64,000 nucleotides of DNA. Source: an uncultured Parachlamydiaceae bacterium. Its GTDB lineage: Bacteria; Chlamydiota; Chlamydiia; Chlamydiales; Parachlamydiaceae. The stretch's first letter is position 1, and each line of letters begins with the position of its first letter. This document shows positions 1 through 8,879 of the stretch, piece by piece. The notes under the pieces are model-generated. The model was not told where the DNA came from. It saw only the letters and a program-made list of their open reading frames with translations, and ran no database searches. The stretch lies in contig CAVVXH010000015.1 of the NCBI GenBank assembly GCA_963752155.1, positions 119,040-183,039 of the forward strand, in the 5' to 3' direction. The translations under genes were made by a program, and so were the position numbers.

Positions 1-176
1 TCGTTGATTACGTCTACATATCCAACTCACAGGGTATTTTGAGCTTATTTTACTGCAATTTCATTGATGTTCACAGCTTGATACGTTCTGTTGCTACTGT
101 AGATCAACGGTATAAACGATAGGAACGATAAGAACGATAAGAAGGATAGGAACGATAATAAGGATAAGAATGATAA
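1..176. repeat. Family K element: 9-nt AACGATAAG tandem array with conserved flanks
   Basis: 1-20 is identical to 13836-13855; 73-125 is nearly identical to 13416-13468; degenerate AACGATAAG units at about 114-176. Confidence 0.85.
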
Positions 177-423
177 TTGAGGAAGGTGGTGACATCATTG
201 AACATTATGAACTATCTGATTTGCATTTGAGCATACTTAAAATGCTAGGAATTGAAAAGAAACATTATTGGCAGACCTCCGCAGGATAATTTAATATGAT
301 CATCTATTTTGCCAATCAAAAACAACCAGCTTGGCTATCCTCGCCAAGGGGGATCGTTTTCCATGGCGGTTGACATCAGTAAGGCATCACAAAATTGCAT
401 CACTTCTACCCGCGGAAAGTAGG
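170..423 (+). pseudogene. Possible 3' remnant of an IS transposase (IS1634-like) with right end
   Basis: 170-289 reads MIIEEGGDIIEHYELSDLHLSILKMLGIEKKHYWQTSAG*, resembling IS1634-type C-termini; candidate end CGCGGAAAGTAGG at 411-423. Recognised from memory only. Confidence 0.3.
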
Positions 424-462
424 GGGCACGCACACGGGCACGAAAATTAGCGGGAATTACTG
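424..462. repeat. Family F half element
   Basis: CACGGGCACGAAAATTAGCGGGAATT matches an arm of the palindrome at 28328-28426; other halves near 2722-2757, 18815-18848, 24666-24681, 34398-34431. Confidence 0.75.
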
Positions 463-479
463 CAGTTAACATCTTGCTA

Positions 480-508
480 TTGACCAAAAAATTTTATTTT
501 GATAAGAT
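480..508 (+). promoter_or_regulatory. sigma66/sigma70-type promoter candidate
   Basis: TTGACC-N17-TAAGAT upstream of RBS AAGGAG and ATG 549. Confidence 0.5.
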
Positions 509-548
509 AAACATGCACAATTTAAAATTTTTAATTCAAGGAGTTAAA

Positions 549-2420
549 ATGTTTGTAAACAATGCTCAGAATAGCATTTCTACACAGGTACCATTTAATG
601 CTAAACAACCATTTGCAAACCTACCACAAGCTCTACCTTCTGTCCTGATCAACTTAATCTTAGATAAACTTGATGATTCATCATTCGTCCGAATGACAAA
701 CTTAACTAAATATTTGATAAGTTATTCTAAATCCAATCTAGAGACCAAACAACGCAAAGATCAAATAAAATTGGCTAATTTTATGTCACTTGCATTTGGT
801 ACTCCTGCGGACCCCATTAATTTGATCGTTGGCGAAATGGATATTTTATCATTAATTAGAATGAGTAAATTAAGTAAATTATGGGCTATAAATCCAGAAA
901 TTATGAGAAAGAAGTTATTCCTAAAAATTGAATATACATTTAAAAAAATTCCCCACCATATAGACAAAAATCTCGAAATTGCTAAAATACAATTTAAACT
1001 AGCTCAAATTGATCCACTTTATTTAGACGAAGCTAAAAAAGCTGCTAAAGATTTTGCATATGACCCAAACAATGAAAAATCTCAATTATTATTTGAAATA
1101 ATAAAGTTCGAAGCTAAAATAATCGAAACTAAAATTGAAAATATGAGCAAAGTCAAAGATAAAGATAATCTTGATGAATTGACTATAGAAATTATTAATT
1201 CTTTTGACGCACTTAAAGAAACCATAAAATCTATTAAATCTGAAGAACTAAAAGATCAAGCATTGCTTGAAATCGTTAAGGTCGAATCTAAATGGGATGT
1301 TGAAATAGCTAAAGTTACCGCACTATCTATTAAGTCTGAAGAATTAAAATGTAAAGCATTGCTTGAAATCGCTAAATTTGATCCTATGCATGATTTTACG
1401 GAACTTAAAAAGATTGCCACAGCTTCTCATTCAAGCAATTTGATGTTAGATATTGTGAAACTTGAAGTTCAATATGATATTGAAGAAGCTAAAAGGACCG
1501 CCGAATTAATTCAAGATAAAGTCTTAAAAATTGATGCCTATCTTGAAATTGCTAAAGTAAGTCTTGCAAACGAATATGAGGTTCTGCTGGCAAAAATTCT
1601 AGAGATGGGTAAATCTTTGGACATTCATCAACGAGGAAATATGCTCCTTAAAATAGTAAAAATGGAGATTAGGTTCCCAAGATTTTTCCCTAAAAGAGCT
1701 GATCAGTTTGCCAGGATGATTAAAGATCCTTCTACTAAAGCCAAAGCGCTACTTGAAGTCTTAACTTGCTACCGTACACACGGTAATTATCTTGAAACTA
1801 GACGAATGGTGGCTGATATTATAGATCTCCCCCTATACGAAAATATTAAAAAAGATGATTTATTATTATATGAAATTGCAATAAATGTAGGAAAGAGTGA
1901 TCTTCTTGCTGCTGAAGATATAATAAAAAATGTTAGTGATCCATTTCTAAAAATTCAATTTAATTTTGAACTTAGTAATGAAAGGCTTGCTGATAATATT
2001 CACTTTTTTGACAATTTCAATTACGATATTTTAGAAGAAGAAAATATAGTAATCGAAAAAGAGGTGAGAGGTGTTGAAATTACCTGTCCGCCTAGAAAGA
2101 ATGATCTTAAGTACAGACGTGCCTGTGCGATGTTTGAATTGGCTAAGAATAGCTCTAAACCAGACTTCACGGAAGTTAAAATTGCAAATAAATCTCAAAC
2201 TGCTAATCGCTTAAAACAAATATCAACGGGTAACCCTAGATATCCTTATAGTTTTAAATCTGAACAAATAGAGTATCCGAACGATCACCTTACTCTAAAT
2301 ATTGTAAAAGAAGAAATTAAATATGACATGATGACAGCTATTCAAACCGCCGATTCTATTAGAGATCCAGGCCTAAAAGCTCTCGCTTATCTTGAAATAG
2401 CAAAAGCAGTGCGTGATTAA
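549..2420 (+). CDS. F-box-like, helical-repeat protein (putative secreted effector)
   Basis: Two F-box-like segments (LPSVLINLILDKLDDSSFVRMTNLTKYL; PADPINLIVGEMDILSLIRMSKLSKLW) followed by repeated IxxxxLKxxALLEIAK units; start moved to the RBS-preceded ATG. Confidence 0.7.
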   Translation: MFVNNAQNSISTQVPFNAKQPFANLPQALPSVLINLILDKLDDSSFVRMTNLTKYLISYSKSNLETKQRKDQIKLANFMSLAFGTPADPINLIVGEMDILSLIRMSKLSKLWAINPEIMRKKLFLKIEYTFKKIPHHIDKNLEIAKIQFKLAQIDPLYLDEAKKAAKDFAYDPNNEKSQLLFEIIKFEAKIIETKIENMSKVKDKDNLDELTIEIINSFDALKETIKSIKSEELKDQALLEIVKVESKWDVEIAKVTALSIKSEELKCKALLEIAKFDPMHDFTELKKIATASHSSNLMLDIVKLEVQYDIEEAKRTAELIQDKVLKIDAYLEIAKVSLANEYEVLLAKILEMGKSLDIHQRGNMLLKIVKMEIRFPRFFPKRADQFARMIKDPSTKAKALLEVLTCYRTHGNYLETRRMVADIIDLPLYENIKKDDLLLYEIAINVGKSDLLAAEDIIKNVSDPFLKIQFNFELSNERLADNIHFFDNFNYDILEEENIVIEKEVRGVEITCPPRKNDLKYRRACAMFELAKNSSKPDFTEVKIANKSQTANRLKQISTGNPRYPYSFKSEQIEYPNDHLTLNIVKEEIKYDMMTAIQTADSIRDPGLKALAYLEIAKAVRD

Positions 2421-2466
2421 TGCAATCCCATGAACACGTTATTCCATGGAATAACGTGGAAATGTA

Positions 2467-2680
2467 AATTGTAGCTCATCACTCCGATGCTGAGTGTAGC
2501 CACGTAGCCTCCATATGGTCTAAACCACTGTGTGAAATCGTAATAACCAAAAAATTGCGCAAATTTCTTAGCCGTTACGATCTCACGCAGTGGTTTAGAC
2601 CATATGGAGGCTACGTGACTACACTCAACATCGGAATGATGAGCTACAGTTTGCTCAAATTTCTTAGCTGTTACGATATC
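2467..2680. repeat. Family A long palindromic element
   Basis: About 90-bp inverted arms centred on TTGCGCAA; copies at 10623-10802 and 46710-46856, fragments at 13922-13972 and 51619-51651. Confidence 0.9.
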
Positions 2681-2863
2681 AGTCGATTTTGTAATCTTCC
2701 CTAGACATCCGGTATAAGATGCGCACACGACCACGAAAGTTTAGCGGGAATTGCTGACCGCTTCTCATATGCCTTCCCTTTAAATTGATATTTTGGTATA
2801 ATTACTAGTAAAAATCTATTGTTTGAAAACTAGATGTTTTGTAACTAACTCAGGAGGTGACTG

Positions 2864-3994
2864 ATGAATAATGCTAAAGGTATCAACTGGGGGACAGCGA
2901 TTTTCTTGATCACTTATCAAGTCATCTTACTGTTTTCTTTGCCTTTTTATTTTTACTACTGCACTCCCCATATAGGGACCCTCATTAGTGCCTTTGTTTT
3001 GCTATGGTTAACAGGCCTCAGTATCACTGCAGGCTATCACCGTTGTTTTGCTCATCGTAGCTACAAGGCCCACCCTGTTCTTGAAGCCATATTAGTTTTT
3101 TTCGGAACAATGGCCGTCCAAGCAAGCGTCTTACGCTGGTCTTACGAACATCGCCTTCATCATGCTTTCGTCGATACAGATAAAGATCCCTATTCCATTA
3201 AGAAGGGCTTCTGGTATGCACACTTTTTGTGGATGCTAGAAAAGCTTCAGCCCATTGATCCTAAAGTTGTTCCTGACCTAATCAACAAAAAGATGATCAG
3301 CTTTCAACACCGCTATTATAAATTTTTAATGGTTGCCGTCAATGCATTAGTATTTTTTGCGGTGGGAGCGGCTTTCCAAGATTACTGGGGCGCATTTTTT
3401 ATAGCTGTGTGGCTGCGCATTTTCTGCTTACAACATTTTACATGGTTCATTAATTCTCTTGCTCATACTTGGGGCAGCAAACAATTCAGCCTTGAACAAT
3501 CTGCTGTCGATAACTATGTGATCGCCTTGTTGACATTTGGAGAAGGTTATCACAACTTCCATCATACGTTTGCAAACGACTATCGCAATGGAATTCGTTG
3601 GTTTCATTTTGATCCAACGAAATGGCTCATCTGGACACTCTCAAAAGTCGGCCTTGCACATGGCCTAAAAAAGACCGACTCTTTGACAATAAAAAAACGA
3701 TTGATCATAGAGCATAAAGCTTATCTAATGGAAAATCTTTCTAGCTACTGGGAAGACACAAAACACGAACTTGAAAAACAGGTTATCGATCTCTCGGAAC
3801 GGATTTTATCAAGTATCACTGAATTTGCTAAGCTCAGAGAACTGCAATCAAAGAAAGAAACTTCTGAACCTAGTTCTATAGAACAAATTCAGGGGAATAT
3901 TCGTGAACTGCAGATGAAATTAAAAGAAGACTGGAATCAGTGGAAAGCGTTGTCACATAGTATTTTACGACCTGAAAATCGACCAATAGCTTAG
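2864..3994 (+). CDS. Membrane fatty acid (delta-9 type) desaturase
   Basis: His boxes HRCFAH, HRLHH, HNFHH; GEGYHN and FDPTKWLI motifs; RBS AGGAGG. Confidence 0.92.
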   Translation: MNNAKGINWGTAIFLITYQVILLFSLPFYFYYCTPHIGTLISAFVLLWLTGLSITAGYHRCFAHRSYKAHPVLEAILVFFGTMAVQASVLRWSYEHRLHHAFVDTDKDPYSIKKGFWYAHFLWMLEKLQPIDPKVVPDLINKKMISFQHRYYKFLMVAVNALVFFAVGAAFQDYWGAFFIAVWLRIFCLQHFTWFINSLAHTWGSKQFSLEQSAVDNYVIALLTFGEGYHNFHHTFANDYRNGIRWFHFDPTKWLIWTLSKVGLAHGLKKTDSLTIKKRLIIEHKAYLMENLSSYWEDTKHELEKQVIDLSERILSSITEFAKLRELQSKKETSEPSSIEQIQGNIRELQMKLKEDWNQWKALSHSILRPENRPIA

Positions 3995-4030
3995 GGACTG
4001 GGCAAGGACGGGATGTCCTTGCCGCCCTAA
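3992..4030 (+). terminator. Hairpin after desaturase
   Basis: TAGGG..GGCAAGGAC-GGGAT-GTCCTTGCC..CCCTA. Confidence 0.5.
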
Positions 4031-4123
4031 AAACCCTCCTTCACCCCTCTCAGCGCCATCTTTTTATTTTTCTTATTTTTCTGTTGACTCAATATTTACA
4101 AGAATTGTATAAATAGCTTTTAC

Positions 4124-4195
4124 GGTGGCATGGCCAAGTGGTAAGGCAGAAGCCTGCAAAGCTTCCATTCCCCAGTTCGAATCTGGGTGCCACCT
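4124..4195 (+). tRNA. tRNA-Cys (GCA)
   Basis: GGTGGCA/TGCCACC acceptor stem, anticodon loop CTGCAAA, T-loop TTCGAAT; CCA not encoded. Confidence 0.96.
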
Positions 4196-4235
4196 TACTT
4201 TCAATCAGTACAAGCAAACAAGCTAACCAATCCTG

Positions 4236-5063
4236 ATGCTCTATTTAGTAGCAACCCCTATAGGAAATCTTTCGGACATCACCTTCAGAGCCGTCGAAAC
4301 CCTCTCCATGTGCGACTATATCCTCTGTGAAGACACTCGATACAGCCTACGTCTATTACAACACTATAAAATCCATAAACCTTGTCGCAGCTTTCATAAA
4401 TTCAATGAAATCCAAAAAGAAAACAGTCTAATCGACGACCTAAAATCCGGAAAATCGATAGCTCTCATTTCTGACGCCGGAACTCCAGGCATCTCCGATC
4501 CTGGTGAACATTTAGTCAAACGATGCATCGAAGAAAACATCCCTGTAACAACCATCCCCGGACCTTGTGCTGCTATTGCAGCGCTCTCTTGCTCAGGATT
4601 CACGACGCAAAAATTCCAATTTTATGGATTTTTACCCCGCACCGACAAGGCTTTAAAGAATACTCTCCTTGAACTCCTCGATTATAATGGTACATCTATC
4701 TGTTATGAGTCCCCTAAACGTCTTTCACATACACTACATGCAATAGAAAGCCTGGCTCCAACAAGACAACTTGCCATTGCCCGCGAACTTACAAAAATAC
4801 ATGAAGAAATCATACGCGGAACCGCAACGAGTTTACTTCAAAGATATGAATCCGGAGTCAAAGGTGAAATCGTATTGCTGATTGAACCTAATCCTAATAG
4901 CGGAGAGACAAGCTGGCAGTCTCTATCTCCTGAAGAACACGTCAAAGAAGTCGAAAAAACCTATCATCTTTCACAACGTGATGCGATTAAAATGGTAGCT
5001 ACGCTACGTGGTGAAAGCAAACGTAGCATCTACAACAAAATGGTTTTACAAAATACCCCTTAA
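4236..5063 (+). CDS. rsmI: 16S rRNA C1402 2'-O-methyltransferase
   Basis: MLYLVATPIGNLSDIT, SDAGTPGISDPG, ARELTKIHEE. Confidence 0.95.
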   Translation: MLYLVATPIGNLSDITFRAVETLSMCDYILCEDTRYSLRLLQHYKIHKPCRSFHKFNEIQKENSLIDDLKSGKSIALISDAGTPGISDPGEHLVKRCIEENIPVTTIPGPCAAIAALSCSGFTTQKFQFYGFLPRTDKALKNTLLELLDYNGTSICYESPKRLSHTLHAIESLAPTRQLAIARELTKIHEEIIRGTATSLLQRYESGVKGEIVLLIEPNPNSGETSWQSLSPEEHVKEVEKTYHLSQRDAIKMVATLRGESKRSIYNKMVLQNTP

Positions 5064-5113
5064 AACGTTATTCTCTCTTTTTTGCATAGCATACCCCAAC
5101 AAGGAGCTCCACC

Positions 5114-6391
5114 ATGAATATTCACCAATGGATATCATTTACTACCACAGCACTTTTGTCAATCCTTTGCATCTCTCAAAGCTCAGCTAGCACTTTCTCC
5201 CCCGGAGCCAAAGCTGCTGGAATGGGATCTACAGGTGTAGCCTATTCACAAGATTCCCTAGCCGGAGCCTATAATCCTGCAGGGATCGTCGATGTCGAAG
5301 ATCGCATAGATTTTGGCTTTGGCTGGACAAGAGAAAGAGGAAATATAGAAATAAAGCCTCCTATAAAAAATAATACCGAAGACTCAGGCGATAGCTTTGA
5401 AAGCCCCGTTAACTTCTTTAATGGAGAATTCGGAATTAATAAAGTTTTTTCTACCTGTTTTTGTAATAACTACTGGGATTGGGCCATTGGGTTAGTTGGA
5501 TATAACCAAGATTATCTAAAAACGTCCTATAAAAAGCCTATTTCCTTTCTTGGAACAACAAAAGCTGGTCTAGAATACATCCATGAAATCATTTCACCCG
5601 TTATTAGCTTACGTTTAAACCAATGCCACGCGATTGGAATATCCTTAGATGTTCATTTTCAAAGAATACGGGTAAATGGATTACAGGAATTAGCCAAAGA
5701 TAACCTAAGTATTTTCCCTCAAGATGTGACAAATAAAGGCTACTGCTATTCTTCAGACATCGGAGTTTCTATTGGCTGGAAATGGGAAGTCATGGAAGCC
5801 TTAACAGTTGGTGCTACCTACCACAGCAAAACAAGCACACGTAAATTCAATAAATATAAAGGACTCTTTGCTGAAGAAGGTCAAATCCACATACCTGAAC
5901 GTTATGCCCTCGGATTGGCTTATCAATATCTACCGAATTCCACATTCACTTTTGATGTAGAATGGATCCAATGGCAGGAGATTAAGTCATTGCATAACTC
6001 CATTGAAAACCTCAAAAAAAAGCAAAAATTCGGCAGCAACGAAGGCCCAGGATTTGGTTTCCGCAATCAAATTTATTTTGGTCTTGGCCTTGATTATGGG
6101 ATCAATGAAAACTGGACAATCAGAATGGGTTATAGACAGACCAATACATTTCTCAAGAATACACAGACCACTTTAAACATCCTTACCTGCAACACTGTCG
6201 AAAGCTACCTCACGTTAGGAGCCACCTTTACGTGGAGATCTAATGAATTCACAGCATTCTTTGCCCACGGTTTTGAACATACCGTCAATGGTAAAAAAGA
6301 GATTCCAGAAATTCTTGACAAAGACAAAAATAAAGTAAATCTTACGGAGAGCAACAATACTCTAGGGATCTCATGGGGTTATCTATTCTAG
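5114..6391 (+). CDS. FadL/OmpP1-family outer membrane transporter
   Basis: Signal peptide, GAKAAGMG..A and NPAG motifs, beta-strand pattern, terminal Phe. Confidence 0.85.
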   Translation: MNIHQWISFTTTALLSILCISQSSASTFSPGAKAAGMGSTGVAYSQDSLAGAYNPAGIVDVEDRIDFGFGWTRERGNIEIKPPIKNNTEDSGDSFESPVNFFNGEFGINKVFSTCFCNNYWDWAIGLVGYNQDYLKTSYKKPISFLGTTKAGLEYIHEIISPVISLRLNQCHAIGISLDVHFQRIRVNGLQELAKDNLSIFPQDVTNKGYCYSSDIGVSIGWKWEVMEALTVGATYHSKTSTRKFNKYKGLFAEEGQIHIPERYALGLAYQYLPNSTFTFDVEWIQWQEIKSLHNSIENLKKKQKFGSNEGPGFGFRNQIYFGLGLDYGINENWTIRMGYRQTNTFLKNTQTTLNILTCNTVESYLTLGATFTWRSNEFTAFFAHGFEHTVNGKKEIPEILDKDKNKVNLTESNNTLGISWGYLF

Positions 6392-6440
6392 CCGGTAGGT
6401 GCTGCGCTTTAAATAACAAAATCGACTGATGCTGAATACT

Positions 6441-6628
6441 AAGAAAAATTAAACTCAAAGGGACGAAGGCACAAAGAGCACCAAGAGATCTTACGCGAAG
6501 AATCTTCAGTTTAAAGAGAAAATAGTAAATTTTATACTTTACATGTAAGATATCTTTGTGCTCTTTGTGCCTTCGTGCCTTTGTGTTTAATTTTTTCCTA
6601 TACTTTATATCCTAATATCGCAGCATCT
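6441..6628. repeat. Family B palindromic element
   Basis: Arm AAAAATTAAAC.CAAAGG.ACGAAGGCACAAAGAGCAC.AAGAGATCTTAC and its reverse complement; other copies near 18.5, 19.8, 24.7, 34.1, 37.3, 45.1, 46.9, 63.9 kb. Confidence 0.92.
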
Positions 6629-6681
6629 GGCCTCGTTACCTACCATTGCCCACTCTTTAAGACTCTAAAAATACCAAAACT

Positions 6682-6863
6682 TAATTTTGTGGTATGAAAA
6701 CCCACACGAAAATTCATACCACAAAATAAAGAAAAGCTAATTTTGTGGTATGAAAATATAAAGGAAATATCATACCATAAAAAGAAGAAAAGCTAATTTT
6801 GTGGTATGAAAACTCACACGAAAATTCATACCACAAAATAAAGAAAAGCTAATTTTGTGGTAT
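6682..6863. repeat. Tandem array of 56-bp palindromic units
   Basis: Units start at 6682, 6738, 6794 and (partial) 6850; each is ATTTTGTGGTATGAA-N14-TTCATACCACAAAAT plus a linker. Confidence 0.95.
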
Positions 6864-6874
6864 AAGGAAAACTC

Positions 6875-8303
6875 ATGCATTTTGTTGGTAGAAAAAAAAG
6901 AATTAGAAATCCTCGAACGCCTTAAATTGAAAAATTCTTCAAGCCTTGTCGTAGTATGGGGGAGAAGGCGAATCGGGAAAAGTAGGCTTATTTCGGAATA
7001 CCTGAAAAAGAAAAAAAGTTGGAATTTTTCTGGCCTTCCTCCGTCGCCTCATGTAACCCATCAAGAACAAATTAATGTCTTTATAAGTCAAATGGCCCGA
7101 AATATCGGCATGCCTGAACTTAAAACATCAGATTGGAGCGAAGTTTTTTGGCATCTAGGTAATCAAGCTGAAAAAGAACCAGAACTCATCATTTTCTTTG
7201 ATGAAATTTCATGGATGGGTTCAAAAGATTCAAATTTTTTGGGATATTTAAAAACAGAATGGGATAGAAGCTTCTCTAAACATCCAAAATTAATTTTAAT
7301 TCTATGTGGTTCTGTTTCAAGTTGGATAGAAAAGAATATTCTTAGCAGCACTGGATTTCTAGGAAGAATCTCTATAAAATTAGAAGTAAAGGAATTACTA
7401 TTGTCTGAATGTAATGAATTTTGGTCATTACAAAGTAAACGTATAAGTAGTTATGAAAAATTAAAAGTTTTAAGTATAACAGGAGGAGTCCCCAAATATT
7501 TAGAAGAAATTGTGCCAGGTGAGTCAGCAGAAAAAAATATAAGCAATTTATGTTTTACACCCCAGGGACTCCTCTACAGAGAATATGATCAAATATTTTC
7601 GGATCTATTTTCTAGAAGAACTCCCACATTTGACAAAATAATTAAAACACTCGCTGATGGACCAAAAAGTTTAACAGATATATCCAGTGAATTGACAATA
7701 GATAAAAGTAATTTAACTGATTATTTACATGAACTCGTTACAGCTGGATTTGTATCTGAAGATTTCACTTGGAATATTAAAAATAAAAAAGAGTCAAATC
7801 TCAAAAAATTCCGTTTAAAAGATAATTACACTCGATTTTATTTAAATTTTATTTTACCTAACAAAGGTAAAATACAGCTTGGAGTATTTTATAATAATTC
7901 TTTATCAAATCTTTCAGGTTGGGAAGTCATATTAGGGCTCCAATTTGAAAATCTAGTAGTCAATAATGTTGTTAAGTTGTGTCAGATCATAGGGATTGAT
8001 ATTCAACAAGTTGAACAAGCTGGGCCCTTTTTTCAAAAAAAGACAGAAGCAAGACCTGGATGCCAAATTGATCTACTTGTACAAACAAAATTTGCAACAC
8101 TTTATCTATGTGAAGTGAAATTTTGCATGGGAGAAGTCAATAAATCCGTGGTCCATGATGTAAAAATTAAATTAGATCGATTAAGTATTCCAAAAGGCTA
8201 TTCCGTGCGCCCGATTTTAATTCATGTGAACGGAGTGACACAAGGAGTAGTTGAAAGCGGTATTTTCGATAAGATAATAGATTTTAACGAGTTTTTGCAA
8301 TAG
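6875..8303 (+). CDS. Archaeal-type AAA ATPase with winged helix and C-terminal PD-(D/E)XK-like (DUF234-like) domain; +1 frameshift in A8 tract
   Basis: AAGGA RBS, then ATG 6875 gives MHFVGRKK; one extra A in 6892-6899 separates it from ELEILERL; Walker A GRRRIGKS, Walker B IFFDE, QIDLLV..LCEVK. Confidence 0.85.
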
Positions 8304-8387
8304 CTCAAGCGTGTGACTAAGGAATCATTCATCTATTTAATCTTTCTTTTTTTATGACAACCTGCTATAATGATTTTAGAAACGTTT

Positions 8388-8450
8388 GTGCAAGTTATTA
8401 TTGCACAGTCCCTTAGGGATTGTGCAATAATAACTTGTATGATTGGGCTG
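8388..8450. repeat. Family C short palindrome
   Basis: GTGCAAGTTATTATTGCACAGTCCCT-TAGGGATTGTGCAATAATAACTTG; related copies at 10510-10578, 10827-10862, 18846-18873. Confidence 0.8.
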
Positions 8451-8508
8451 CGCCAAAGCCCCGTGGTTAAGCGATCGAAAGTGACCCAATAGCCAAAAGG
8501 AAAAGCAA

Positions 8509-8712
8509 ATGATCTCTTCAGACCAAAGAAAAGAAGAATCTAAAAATCAAGTTCCCCCGTTCCTTTTTGTACTTAAAGAAGGGCCAGAATTTGAGAAAAA
8601 TTTACTCGATTATTCTCTATGCATGATGCAAATCAAACCGGAGAGCTTTAAAAATTCAAATCAGAAAATAATCGTCTCTTCTCGAAATAAATATGACAGT
8701 CAAGTTGGCTAA
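8509..8712 (+). CDS. Small hypothetical protein
   Basis: 67-aa ORF with AAAGGA upstream; no recognisable motif. Confidence 0.3.
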   Translation: MISSDQRKEESKNQVPPFLFVLKEGPEFEKNLLDYSLCMMQIKPESFKNSNQKIIVSSRNKYDSQVG

Positions 8713-8879
8713 AACTTGACTCCACACTGCTGAAAAAAAATGCAAAAGTACATATCTCTCTTGCATAATTCAATATGAATCATCTAAAATGATGACTTCA
8801 AGCATTCGTCATCCCTTCAAGGCTGACTCATACAATGCAGCCCAAGAAAATGAACTTTAAATTTAAGGAGAATCATCAG

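Noticed and set aside
474..548. TTG start of the first gene
   Set aside because: Overlaps the promoter-like sequence; the RBS supports ATG 549
2417..2734. 105-aa minus-strand ORF
   Set aside because: Lies mostly within the family A palindrome
4124..4195. tRNA-Cys or tRNA-Gln as integration sites
   Set aside because: No duplicated tRNA 3' end and no integrase seen in the window
6682..6863. CRISPR array
   Set aside because: Variable parts are only about 14 nt, two are nearly identical, and no cas genes are present
8715..8879. CIRCE/HrcA operator before groEL
   Set aside because: No TTAGCACTC-N9-GAGTGCTAA-like sequence seen
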